A DNA stretch of 40,721 nt. Origin: a virus. The notes below the pieces were generated by a model. That model ran no database searches, was not told the origin of the DNA, and saw only the letters and a list, made by a program, of their open reading frames with translations. A program made the translations under genes and the position numbers. Below are positions 15,308 through 23,891 of the stretch, in pieces. Position 1 is the stretch's first letter; each line of letters starts with the position of its first letter. The stretch is from IMG/VR virus record IMGVR_UViG_3300045988_023556, positions 1-40,721 of that record. One strand, given 5' to 3'.

Positions 15308-15672
15308 CCGCCCGCCTCCACATGAACCAGCTTGCCGCCCCAGTATTTGGGGTCAACGTACTTCACAACAACCAGCCCGGGAACCTTCACCGGAATGAAG
15401 GACGGCCACTGCGCCGCCGTGATTTCCTCCCCGGCACCAAGCAGCACCTTGTCCTCCGGATAAACGCACACCTCCGAACAGGGAATGACCAGCAGAAAGG
15501 AATTGACTTCCTTGCTGCCGGTCTTGTCCACATTCTCGGTTTTTTTGTAATCCAAAAAGGCTTTATCGTGTACCGTTCTGGTCACTTTGTCGCCGTCCCG
15601 GTGGTATACCGTGACCGTCTGATTGCACAGCCGGTAGTCTACGGGGCAGCTGCGGCGCTTGATTCTCACCAT
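15304..15672 (-). CDS. Head closure protein
   Basis: ATG at 15672 with GGGGGTG 6 nt upstream. Second gene after the capsid gene. Confidence 0.55.
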   Translation of the reverse strand: MVRIKRRSCPVDYRLCNQTVTVYHRDGDKVTRTVHDKAFLDYKKTENVDKTGSKEVNSFLLVIPCSEVCVYPEDKVLLGAGEEITAAQWPSFIPVKVPGLVVVKYVDPKYWGGKLVHVEAGG

Positions 15673-15674
15673 AG

Positions 15675-16028
15675 CTAACACCCCCGGTAGATATCGAGAT
15701 ACAGGCAGGCGCAGCGATACAATTCCCGCGACTGCCCCTTGGCGCTGACATCAACACCGTTCTTGCTGCCATAGCTCACCGAAACGGAGCCGATAGAAGC
15801 AGACTGAACAGCGCCGCCCTCACCGTTGGTAATCAGATCAAAGCCGTGAATAGCCTCTGCCATGGCGCACACGGCAAGGGCTTCGGAGTTTTCCTCCGGT
15901 GCCTTTACCGTGTATATGCGCTTGTATCTTGCCAGCTGTGCCGCCGCACGGGCTTCACACGTGTTCCAGTCCTCTGCGGGGATAGCGTCGCCCCGAAAGC
16001 TGCTTATGTAAAAATCATAGTCAATCAT
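15675..16028 (-). CDS. Head-tail connector (gp6-like adaptor)
   Basis: First gene after the capsid gene. AAGGAG RBS. Confidence 0.55.
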   Translation of the reverse strand: MIDYDFYISSFRGDAIPAEDWNTCEARAAAQLARYKRIYTVKAPEENSEALAVCAMAEAIHGFDLITNGEGGAVQSASIGSVSVSYGSKNGVDVSAKGQSRELYRCACLYLDIYRGC

Positions 16029-16046
16029 CAGGGCGTCTCCTTTCCG

Positions 16047-17042
16047 TTACGCGGTCTTTGGCTTCAGGATAATGCCGTTCAGCGCCGCCGCCTTGAGCGT
16101 GTTCTTAAGCACGACACCGGCCACCAGCTCCACTTCGCCCTTCTTCACAGCGCCGGGGGCTTTCAGATCGGGCATATAGCTGTTGATGACACCGGTTCCG
16201 GTGGGGGAAATGCCGTGGAAACCGTCCAGGGCGATATTCACAGCGTAAATGCTGGAAGTACCGGCGGCGGTGGTGCTGGGGGTGGAGGTGTCGATGACAT
16301 CCACGGACTTGGTGCCGTTGTAGTACATACCGGCGTCCATGATGGGGATATCGCCAAAGTACTCCACAGCCCTGCCGAAGTCGTCCTTCTTGCGGTCGTA
16401 ATACCCCGCACGGCGGGCAGCCGCCCGAACTTTCAGCAGCATGGCGGTGTTCATCAGCAGCAGAGACGCGCCGCCGTCCACCATGTGGGTCAGCTGATCC
16501 AGCTGGTCAACGAAAGCATTGGCGTTGCTGTCCAGCTTGGTGGAATCGGACAGGTCAATGTCCGTAGTGAACTCGTTGGAGGTGCCCGCCAGAGTCTTTC
16601 TCAGGCCGTCGAAGGTGTTCGTGACATACCCGGTGCCGGACGCGGCGGAGGTGCCGTTGATCACCAGATTGTGGAAATAGTTGCTGGTTGCCTTGATCTT
16701 CTGCTGCGCCTGGAATGCCAGCTCATCAATGGCTCCGGAGGTGCTCTGAATCACACGGTCGACCTGGAAGGAACCGCCCATGATAACAGCCTTGGCGGTC
16801 TTTTCCTCTCGCTTCGCCTCGCCTGCGGTGTATTCGCTGTTGATAGCACGGACAGCCGCAGTAGAGGGGGTTTTCAGCTGAATGTAACCGTAGGTCAGAG
16901 TAGAACCGCCGGTACCGGGGGAAATGGCGTTATCAAACACCAGTCTGTCCAGCAACAGAGAACTGCGCCGGAACTCGTCGACCACCTGCTGATCGACCTT
17001 GTCGGCCATGCCGACCTTTGCTTCTGCAAGAGTAATTGCCAT
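16047..17042 (-). CDS. Major capsid protein
   Basis: 331 aa, directly after the scaffold gene. MAITLAEAKVGMADKVDQQVVDEF... is typical of A118/SPP1-like capsid proteins. Confidence 0.85.
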   Translation of the reverse strand: MAITLAEAKVGMADKVDQQVVDEFRRSSLLLDRLVFDNAISPGTGGSTLTYGYIQLKTPSTAAVRAINSEYTAGEAKREEKTAKAVIMGGSFQVDRVIQSTSGAIDELAFQAQQKIKATSNYFHNLVINGTSAASGTGYVTNTFDGLRKTLAGTSNEFTTDIDLSDSTKLDSNANAFVDQLDQLTHMVDGGASLLLMNTAMLLKVRAAARRAGYYDRKKDDFGRAVEYFGDIPIMDAGMYYNGTKSVDVIDTSTPSTTAAGTSSIYAVNIALDGFHGISPTGTGVINSYMPDLKAPGAVKKGEVELVAGVVLKNTLKAAALNGIILKPKTA

Positions 17043-17059
17043 AGTTAAAAATCATCCTT

Positions 17060-17617
17060 TCACTTCATGTTGTAATTTGCCCTGAGCGCACCGGCTAGGG
17101 TCGTCGGTTCGCCGTTAGGCTCCTGCTGCCCTGTACCAGTCTTCCCGGCATAGGGGGGCGGCATTTTGCCGTCATCGAACAAATAGCCGCTGTCCTTCCG
17201 GAGGGCTTCCAGAGCGGCCTTAATGTCCGTTTCCTGGTTCTTGCTGCTTCTCAAAGTGTCGATGTCCAGCAGCGCCCGGATTGCCTTGGTGCTTTTACCC
17301 TTTGCACCGGTGATGGCGGCATCCAGGGCGTGGGAGAATTCCATATCCGCGATCTTCCGGTTGCTCTCGGCAATGGCATCGTTGTACTTCTTTTCCCAAT
17401 CCTTAGCGGACTGCTTGATGGTATCGATGTCCTGCTCCTTAAAGCCGGAAATGGTCTTTTGCGCCTCACTCAGCTGGCTCTTGATGGTGTCATAGTCAGC
17501 AAAAGGCTTCTTAGCAGCTTCGATATCCCGGCCATTCTCTGCCATGATCTCGTCAATGATCTCCTTGCTCAGGGGCTGGTCTCCTACCTTGAAATTCTGC
17601 AAAAACTCACGTTTCAT
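17060..17617 (-). CDS. Scaffolding protein (Phage GP20-like)
   Basis: Helical and charged. Sequence MKREFLQNFKVGDQPLSKEIIDEIMAENGRDIE.... Lies upstream of the capsid gene. Confidence 0.8.
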   Translation of the reverse strand: MKREFLQNFKVGDQPLSKEIIDEIMAENGRDIEAAKKPFADYDTIKSQLSEAQKTISGFKEQDIDTIKQSAKDWEKKYNDAIAESNRKIADMEFSHALDAAITGAKGKSTKAIRALLDIDTLRSSKNQETDIKAALEALRKDSGYLFDDGKMPPPYAGKTGTGQQEPNGEPTTLAGALRANYNMK

Positions 17618-17706
17618 ATACTTCCTTTCTCAGCTATGCTTTGTTATATGGGGGTTGCGTCCCCTGCTGTCGGCTTGTTTTACGCCTGCCACGGCAAAAA
17701 TGGTAT

Positions 17707-17744
17707 GAAAAAAAGCAACCGTTCGGAAAACCCGAATAGTTGCT
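17707..17744 (-). terminator. Intrinsic terminator inside the head module
   Basis: Minus strand: AGCAACtaTTCGG-GTTTT-CCGAAcgGTTGCT followed by TTTTTTT. Confidence 0.8.
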
Positions 17745-17969
17745 TCAATCAACTTGGTTGTAATGGCACTTCCCATCGTGCCATGCGCCGCATAATTCCT
17801 TTTTGCACTCCACAAACTCGGCGGTGTTGTGTTCTATCGTCTGTTGAAGTGTTTGGTAGTTGTCATCGTTATACTCATACGTTGTCTGCTGAACCAGATG
17901 CCGGTTAACTGCATAGGGACAGTACATCTTATGCCCGTTCGCGCCTTTCGCACGAGAAAAGAGAGCCAT
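17745..17969 (-). CDS. Small Cys-rich hypothetical protein (74 aa)
   Basis: ORF ends at the terminator. Second small gene after the MuF gene. Confidence 0.5.
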   Translation of the reverse strand: MALFSRAKGANGHKMYCPYAVNRHLVQQTTYEYNDDNYQTLQQTIEHNTAEFVECKKELCGAWHDGKCHYNQVD

Positions 17970-17989
17970 GTTTCCATAGCTCTCTCGGC

Positions 17990-18232
17990 TTATCCGTATA
18001 TTGCTTTTCTAAGGGTTCCCGACGCGTCATCCTCGACAATTTCAAACCTTCCGCCGGGGTGGTTTGGGTTTGCAATCGGGCGAGGGTTGTGCGGGTCGTA
18101 GAGATAGTCTTCGTCGCTGTCATCAACAATTTGAAGTGCGCCAGAATCTTCATCATATGCAAGAACTTCGTATTCTTTCCCGTTCGACAAGCCATCGATG
18201 CCAAAGCTCTTGCCGATATATCGAACGCGCAT
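17990..18232 (-). CDS. Small acidic hypothetical protein (80 aa), candidate immunity partner of the MuF C-terminal domain
   Basis: The ATG follows the MuF stop by 1 nt (TAAtATG). The sequence is D/E-rich. Confidence 0.55.
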   Translation of the reverse strand: MRVRYIGKSFGIDGLSNGKEYEVLAYDEDSGALQIVDDSDEDYLYDPHNPRPIANPNHPGGRFEIVEDDASGTLRKAIYG

Positions 18233-18233
18233 A

Positions 18234-19769
18234 TTACTTTGCCCCTTTCAGCTTTATTTCATCGGGCGGGACGCCGTTGGTATTTTCATACCAATGCACC
18301 ACATAATGGTAATGCTTGGCATATACCGTTCCGGATTTCTTTTTCCATCCGCTTGCGTCCCCATAATTGGGATATGTAGAATACAGCCGCCGCAAGTCGC
18401 GAATCGGTGTACTCGTCCCGGAACCCGCCATTGTGTACACGTCAACCGCTGTCGTTCCCTTTGGGACAACCCCTTGAATCTTAGGCAGCGAAACATTAAC
18501 AGTGTGTGGAATCAGCGTATCCGCTTCCTGTATCTTTTTCGGCAACGTTGATTCTGCCTTGATTGTAGCATCATTCTCAATAAATTGCAAGTTTCTTTCA
18601 TTGTTTTCTGCAACTTTCTCCGCATCATCGGCCTGTTTTGCACCGAAACCGGACATTTCCATACGCTCATGCTGTAACCGCAGCCCCGCCGCCTCGGAAA
18701 ACCGTTTGTATTCCTGATTCAGAACTTGATACTTGATTTGATCCTGCCGGAGCTTTTCTATGTCTCCGGTAGATTCATCCACAAGAATGCGCCTCTTCTG
18801 CTTCCGGATGGTGCGTTCCAGTCTCCGCTGCTGCTGTGTGGCCTCATACGCGGTATAGTGCCGCCCGTTGTAATCAATTCCCTTTTCGTTATCCCGACGG
18901 AACTTTTCCAGTTCCTCATCTGTGTACTGCGGGGAATCGACGCCCATAATAATCGGGAATGCGGCGTGGCCGCAATTCAGTGTTCCAATTCGGCGAACAA
19001 GAGAATTATTCAGTGCTTCGTATGCCGCATCGGAATACTGCTTGCCCTGAATCGGCTCATGATCGGGAGCGCTGGCAGCATGGGCAGAGATTTCCCAGCC
19101 GTCGCAACCGAAATCATCATGATTCTGCTTGGAAATCTGCTCCTGCATCAGGCCTAATCCACCCATGACATTACGCCGCACGGCGGCTTCCAGAGAAGTG
19201 TGAACGCCGGAATCGTAATCGATTGTGACAATGCCATTGTCTGCCAGATTCTTAACCGCTTCCCTGATCGCTGAATCATAGCCCTGTGCGCCGGTGGAAA
19301 CCTTTGTAAACGCAAAGTCACAGGCTTGTTTATAAGCATCCGTCAGTCCAACGGCCTTGCCGTTCGGAGTGACAAACCCAATCGTTTGGGTAATGTTGGA
19401 CAAGTCATCCTGCGCAAGCTGAACAGCAGCGGAAACAATCTGCTGAACAGCGGAATTCTTGTAAAACGGAACCGCCTGAACATATGGCAGTTTTTGTATA
19501 TCAAAGTTATACCCAGTTTCTGCGGATTGCTCTAAAAGCTCTCTTAACTCCCGGTGGGATACTTTCAACCGCTTCCGAAGTTCCTTTTTCAGCTGCCTTT
19601 GGGAAACCCCCAGCTGTTGCAGCCGCCAAGTCTGATATGCTGCCGTCCCCGTCAGCTGCCCGGCCTCGGCTATCCGCTTGGCAATGTCCGCAATCAAGAA
19701 GTCCGTAACGGGTGAAATGATCTGCTGTGCCTTGTCGCCAAGTGCTTCAATCTGGTCGGCGGTCAGCAT
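18234..19769 (-). CDS. Minor head protein (MuF / SPP1 gp7 / minor capsid protein 2 family) with extra C-terminal domain
   Basis: MLTADQIEALGDKAQQIISPVTDFLIADIAKRI... Downstream of the portal gene. 511 aa, roughly 110-130 aa longer than the core domain. Confidence 0.85.
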   Translation of the reverse strand: MLTADQIEALGDKAQQIISPVTDFLIADIAKRIAEAGQLTGTAAYQTWRLQQLGVSQRQLKKELRKRLKVSHRELRELLEQSAETGYNFDIQKLPYVQAVPFYKNSAVQQIVSAAVQLAQDDLSNITQTIGFVTPNGKAVGLTDAYKQACDFAFTKVSTGAQGYDSAIREAVKNLADNGIVTIDYDSGVHTSLEAAVRRNVMGGLGLMQEQISKQNHDDFGCDGWEISAHAASAPDHEPIQGKQYSDAAYEALNNSLVRRIGTLNCGHAAFPIIMGVDSPQYTDEELEKFRRDNEKGIDYNGRHYTAYEATQQQRRLERTIRKQKRRILVDESTGDIEKLRQDQIKYQVLNQEYKRFSEAAGLRLQHERMEMSGFGAKQADDAEKVAENNERNLQFIENDATIKAESTLPKKIQEADTLIPHTVNVSLPKIQGVVPKGTTAVDVYTMAGSGTSTPIRDLRRLYSTYPNYGDASGWKKKSGTVYAKHYHYVVHWYENTNGVPPDEIKLKGAK

Positions 19770-19771
19770 AA

Positions 19772-21118
19772 TTATTCACTGTCCTCACCAGCATCCGGCA
19801 TAAACTTCTCCCGGATTTTCTCCTGCTGCGCCTCTGTATCCGTCGGCATATTAAACCGCCACCCCAAGGCTATCTCAGGCTTGAGCAGCCCAGCGGCCAC
19901 CATATCCTTGTAGTCAGCCCACGTCTTTTCCTCATCGAAAAGAACGCCGTTCCCCCAATCCACAACAATGGAATCATCATCCACGTCGTGTGCGCCGGGG
20001 ATATGATACATCTGGCCGAAAATACCGCACAGCCGGGCAGCCTCACGCAAGGCAGATTCCCACATCTGTTGAAAGTCGATAATCGTCAGGTTGTAGTCGC
20101 CCTCAGAGGATGTCACCTCGGTAGCCGTTCTTTCTGCGGCCTCCACCTCGGACAGCAGCCCGCGCTTTAAGCCTATCACGTTCTCCACATTCCGGAGATA
20201 TTCCGTTTTTCTGGCAAGATACGACTGTTCCCGCAGCGCCGGGGAGAAAATAGTGATGCCTATATCGTCGGGGGATTCATCCACTGCGGTAAACACGCTT
20301 GCGGACAAGTTTTTCCGCCCGCCGACCTCGTCAACCTCCAGCATATCCGCGCTGGCAATAATCCGGCTTTTCCCACGCTCGAACTCTCCGTTGATCTGCG
20401 CCTCGTTCCGGTTGATATTTTCAATCAGGCCGACAGCCGCGTCATAAACGGATACCCCGTCGGGGCTCCCGTCCACACTGTTGTCAATCGGCGTTTTCAG
20501 CCATGCAACGCCGACGCTTCCCAGCGGCTCAGGAAATGTGTATTCTTCTGCGAGTTCCGCATACTGTGGCAGCTCTGTAAGCGCCACAGCCTGCCCCAGG
20601 CTGTTCTGGTCGTTCGACCGATACAGTCTGTTGGTAATGGTCAGATACCCGCTGTCATCCACCGTGCGCCGCTCCAACAGCGTGTAATAGAATCTTTCAC
20701 GGATGCTGTGTTCTGCCATGCCGATGTCGGTCATGTTCCCGTCCCCGTCCCGGCCAAATACCAGAATGTTCGGTCTGCTCACAACTGCGAAGCGGAACCC
20801 GCTGCCCGTCGGGATGGGCTTTAAGCCGCTTTCTCCGCCGATCAGGGCTTTTTGCATGGCGCTTTTCTTTTTCGCGTCTGCCGCGTCGAGGATTTCGGAA
20901 ACAAACGCGTCTTTGCTGGATGCCGAATACTCCGAAAATGCCGTCTTTGTCAGTTTACGGACGATGGTATATGGAACCCGCTGGCACGGGTCATAATCCG
21001 GGGTCGCGACCTTCTCATAATACAGATCCTGCCACCTCTGGATGGCCTTTTTCATTTCCGGAGATGTCATGTCAACGGCGCGAAACGCCATTTCATAATC
21101 ACTGTTCGGATAAATCAC
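19772..21118 (-). CDS. Portal protein
   Basis: Follows the terminase. GTG start at 21118 has AGGAGGAG 6 nt upstream. The ATG at 21169 in the ORF track lacks an RBS. Confidence 0.88.
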   Translation of the reverse strand: MIYPNSDYEMAFRAVDMTSPEMKKAIQRWQDLYYEKVATPDYDPCQRVPYTIVRKLTKTAFSEYSASSKDAFVSEILDAADAKKKSAMQKALIGGESGLKPIPTGSGFRFAVVSRPNILVFGRDGDGNMTDIGMAEHSIRERFYYTLLERRTVDDSGYLTITNRLYRSNDQNSLGQAVALTELPQYAELAEEYTFPEPLGSVGVAWLKTPIDNSVDGSPDGVSVYDAAVGLIENINRNEAQINGEFERGKSRIIASADMLEVDEVGGRKNLSASVFTAVDESPDDIGITIFSPALREQSYLARKTEYLRNVENVIGLKRGLLSEVEAAERTATEVTSSEGDYNLTIIDFQQMWESALREAARLCGIFGQMYHIPGAHDVDDDSIVVDWGNGVLFDEEKTWADYKDMVAAGLLKPEIALGWRFNMPTDTEAQQEKIREKFMPDAGEDSE

Positions 21119-21317
21119 GCTTTTCTCCTCCTGCGTTGATCGTGATGCGCCGCAGCGCACGGGTTGCATACTGCAATCCCTGTATATAGGCGTTCAAAGT
21201 ATCCACTTCCGCCCGAAGCTGCCGGTTTTCCGCTTCAAGTGTCCTGATATCGGCTTGCAACGACGCTTTCGCCCAAATAGGTGCCATATCCACGATCCAT
21301 CTTTTAATTCTTCTCAT
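21099..21317 (-). CDS. Small coiled-coil protein between terL and portal (72 aa)
   Basis: ATGA overlap with the terL stop. Sequence LQADIRTLEAENRQLRAEVDTLNAYIQGL. Confidence 0.55.
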   Translation of the reverse strand: MRRIKRWIVDMAPIWAKASLQADIRTLEAENRQLRAEVDTLNAYIQGLQYATRALRRITINAGGEKRDLSEQ

Positions 21318-22552
21318 TTCCCTCTCCGCTTCCATATCCGGTTCGTAGCGTACCGAACCGCGTCTATGTGGTGGTTGTTAAGATCTGGGTAGCCTTGCAA
21401 GACTTCCCCCGTCTTCTTGTCTCGCTCATATTCATACTCGGAAAACTCTGTCACCGTATCCGGGCACCGTTCCGGGTCAATGACAATGGCTGCCAAAGAT
21501 TGCAGCCATTTCATTGAGTAGTTCACACTCCCTGCGCCCTTTTCAGCGTCGCGGCAACGGATACCGTATGACTGGTAATCGTCGATGCTCTTCTTTTCCG
21601 CGCTATCGGCAATGACGGTTTCCTCCGGGCTGATTCTTTCCAGAACGAGTGCCGCGGTCTCCCGGTTTCCCGTCCGTCTGCGAGTCAGTTCGTCAAAAAT
21701 ATACAGCGTCCGCCGTGCCGCGTCATAGTAACACCTGTTGAATGCCCACGGGTCTGGGTACCATCCCCAGTCCACGCCATTCAGGATGCGATCAAACTGG
21801 GATATCTGGTAATCACTGATAGTCTCAATTTTCAGGTTTTCGAATACCTGCGTTCCACTGCCCACGACCTCGCCCAGGTATTCATGCCGATAAGCTGTTT
21901 CGTTGGTTTCTTTCAGATGCTCCGCATCATTCAGGAAGCGAGACCCCAGCCAATCGGCGGGGGTTGTCTGGTATGTGCTGTGGTGTACACGCTTTCCCTG
22001 CTTTGGTTCCAGCGCGTACCGGTTTGCCCAGTTCCGCGCCGTAGCTGGAGGGTTAAAGCTCTTGAAGCACATAGAATATTCGCCGCCTCGGAAAAGAGAC
22101 TGCTCCACATTACGCACCTGCTCCGCACCATCGAACTGGTCAAGCTCTTCAAACCATGCAATCCCGATATACCCGAACGGCACCTTGATTGACTTGAGCT
22201 TTCCGGGGTCATCCATCCCGAAGAAAAGGATTTTCTGCCCCGTCTGCAAAAATGTGCATTCCATTGGGGATACCGTACAGCGGAATTTGCTTGCCAGCCC
22301 AAGCTCCGCAATCGCCCAGCATATCTGTGCATACACAGACCTGCGGAGAGTATTTTCTACCTTCCGCATTACGACGGCATGGCACTGACTGTGCTTCACC
22401 ATTTCCAGAATGACTTCCACAGAAACGAATGAAGACTTTGCCGAGCCGCGCCCGCCTTTCTCCACAAGCTCATTGATTTCATTGTTTTTAACAGCCCGGT
22501 GGGAATCATAGAAAGCAGGAGAAATCAGGCTTGACAGATTATACGTCGTCAA
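21314..22552 (-). CDS. terL: Terminase large subunit (PBSX/Terminase_3-like)
   Basis: Walker A GGRGSAKS. Motifs WFEELDQF and nuclease-type C-terminus. 412 aa. Confidence 0.95.
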   Translation of the reverse strand: MTTYNLSSLISPAFYDSHRAVKNNEINELVEKGGRGSAKSSFVSVEVILEMVKHSQCHAVVMRKVENTLRRSVYAQICWAIAELGLASKFRCTVSPMECTFLQTGQKILFFGMDDPGKLKSIKVPFGYIGIAWFEELDQFDGAEQVRNVEQSLFRGGEYSMCFKSFNPPATARNWANRYALEPKQGKRVHHSTYQTTPADWLGSRFLNDAEHLKETNETAYRHEYLGEVVGSGTQVFENLKIETISDYQISQFDRILNGVDWGWYPDPWAFNRCYYDAARRTLYIFDELTRRRTGNRETAALVLERISPEETVIADSAEKKSIDDYQSYGIRCRDAEKGAGSVNYSMKWLQSLAAIVIDPERCPDTVTEFSEYEYERDKKTGEVLQGYPDLNNHHIDAVRYATNRIWKRRGK

Positions 22553-22964
22553 TGATACTCACCTCAGACCAACCTTGTGCCGGTTGCCTGTCGTTCCAGC
22601 CGAAATTGCATTTCAAACTGAACTGTGCGCCGTTCGCCCCGTCACGATCATAAAGTCTTTCCTCGGCGTAAGCCTCGCATTTTGCCTTCGCGCGCAATAT
22701 CGTGTCCATGAATGCCGGTTTCGCCTGATAATTCAAAAGCGCCTGCCTCCCGGTAAATCCGAGAGCAAGCGCAAGCCCTGTGACGGTAGGCGGCTTCTGG
22801 CCAACGTAAACCGGTCGGCCAAATTTGTCTGTGATGACCTCCCCGGCGCTCCCTCGCAAAAGCTCGCCCTCGCAAGATTCAAAGTATTCGTCAATTTTTA
22901 CCTGCATCTCTGCCGCAGACTTGTATCGCGGCTTTCTTCCGCAGGGGCTTTTCCCAGATGCCAT
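22539..22964 (-). CDS. terS: Terminase small subunit
   Basis: ATG at 22964 (MASGKSPCGRKPRYKSAAEMQVKIDEYFESC...PPTVTGLALALGFTGRQALLNY...NFGWND). GGTGGTGA RBS. Overlaps terL. Confidence 0.85.
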   Translation of the reverse strand: MASGKSPCGRKPRYKSAAEMQVKIDEYFESCEGELLRGSAGEVITDKFGRPVYVGQKPPTVTGLALALGFTGRQALLNYQAKPAFMDTILRAKAKCEAYAEERLYDRDGANGAQFSLKCNFGWNDRQPAQGWSEVSIIDDV

Positions 22965-22992
22965 TGTGTCACCACCGCTCATACAAAATAAT

Positions 22993-23059
22993 TGGCGCGA
23001 GGCCGATTTGAACGGCCTTCTGTTGGGGAGAGGGTACCCGCCTCGCTGCCTGCCGCGCC
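22993..23059 (-). other. GC-rich structured element with tRNA-like acceptor stem and T-arm (not a complete tRNA) in the terS leader
   Basis: Minus strand: GGCGCGG...GGCCG-TTCAAAT-CGGCC-TCGCGCC-A. It is 67 nt and lacks D and anticodon arms. Confidence 0.35.
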
Positions 23060-23062
23060 ATG

Positions 23063-23095
23063 CAAAAAGAGGCTCAGGAACAATCCCAAGCCTCT
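23063..23095 (-). terminator. Intrinsic terminator between the late activator gene and terS
   Basis: Minus strand: AGAGGCT-14 nt-AGCCTCT followed by TTTTTG. Confidence 0.6.
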
Positions 23096-23115
23096 TGCGC
23101 TTTTTCTTTTTTACC

Positions 23116-23126
23116 AGTATAGCACA
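23116..23126 (-). promoter_or_regulatory. Extended -10-like element (TGcTATACT)
   Basis: Read on the minus strand. No convincing -35 element. Confidence 0.3.
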
Positions 23127-23163
23127 TTCAAACTGAAAAATCTTCCGGTTTTTTTCCGGTTTT

Positions 23164-23601
23164 TCAAATTTCTGGGCATCCGTACAGGCAAATTGTAAAA
23201 TGGTGAAGCGCCGAATCCTTTCGCGCATAAACCTGAGATTTTTCAATCCCAAATTCTTCGCACAACCTGTCCACATTCCCCCTCGCGGGCTTTATGTAGA
23301 ATCTATCCAGCACCTTCCGCTCATCGTCTGTGAGGACTTCAAGCCCGGAATCCACAAGCGACACCCATTTTCTCGCCTGTTCCAGCGAACGCGCCAGTTC
23401 CTCACGGTGAACGATATTCGATAGCATCATATCTTCCCGGCCGGAGCCACCGCCACTTACCGGCGTACCGTCAGCCGTGGCACTTCGGATACTCTGCATA
23501 GCGGATTCCAGCCGCGCCATTTCCTCGGGGATGCTTTTCAGGGATTGCTTTTTTGCACTGTATTCCTTGAGCTTCTCAATGGCCTCATACTTCCAGTTCA
23601 T
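23164..23601 (-). CDS. Late-gene transcriptional activator, sigma-70 region-4-like (RinA/ArpU/DUF1492-type)
   Basis: ATG at 23601 with AGGAGG 5 nt upstream. LTDDERKVLDRFYIKPARGNVDRLCEEFGIEKSQVYARKDSALHHF. Immediately upstream of terS. Confidence 0.7.
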   Translation of the reverse strand: MNWKYEAIEKLKEYSAKKQSLKSIPEEMARLESAMQSIRSATADGTPVSGGGSGREDMMLSNIVHREELARSLEQARKWVSLVDSGLEVLTDDERKVLDRFYIKPARGNVDRLCEEFGIEKSQVYARKDSALHHFTICLYGCPEI

Positions 23602-23628
23602 TCCGTTCCTCCTTGCATATCTTATTAA

Positions 23629-23696
23629 ATCCCTGTATAGATATACACAATACACACAAGATATAAGATTATATTTAATATATACTATACAGGGAT
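23629..23696. repeat. 12-bp inverted repeat (ATCCCTGTATAG / CTATACAGGGAT) enclosing 44 bp of AT-rich DNA upstream of the late activator gene
   Basis: Read directly. Confidence 0.7.
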
Positions 23697-23700
23697 AAAG

Positions 23701-23883
23701 CTATAATATTAAATTCCGTCTCCTGTTTTTCGTTTTCTTTCTCCTTTCTGTACAATCCTTCCCCGGCGGGCAAGGCCGCTTTCCCCCGCGGACGAATATG
23801 TAATTGCAGCACCGGCTGCCCTCGTAGTATCCGAAGAAATACCGGCACCCGACGCAATACTTCCTGCCGTCCCTGTACTCCAT
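23701..23883 (-). CDS. Small Cys-rich basic protein (60 aa)
   Basis: ATG at 23883 (MEYRDGRKYCVGCRYF...) with a GGGGG RBS. Follows the upstream stop by 9 nt. Confidence 0.55.
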   Translation of the reverse strand: MEYRDGRKYCVGCRYFFGYYEGSRCCNYIFVRGGKRPCPPGKDCTERRKKTKNRRRNLIL

Positions 23884-23891
23884 GTTGCCCC

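Noticed and set aside
15846-17048. 400-aa plus-strand ORF
   Set aside because: It is antisense to the well-supported major capsid gene. The translation is a low-complexity Gly/Val/His/Gln-rich sequence with no RBS. It is a typical shadow ORF of a GC-rich, codon-biased gene.
22993-23059. Phage-encoded tRNA upstream of terS
   Set aside because: It is only 67 nt. The acceptor-like stem and T-arm fold, but the central 35 nt cannot form both a D arm and an anticodon arm. It is kept only as a structured element or promoter candidate.
22965-23276. Long N-terminal extension of the terS ORF (245-aa version), and similar extensions at 36397-36573, 29626-29802, 31425-31667, 33791-33979 and 34618-34734
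   Set aside because: The extensions run through terminators, regulatory DNA or the 3' ends of upstream genes. Internal ATG/GTG codons with proper RBS spacing give products that begin at conserved N-termini.
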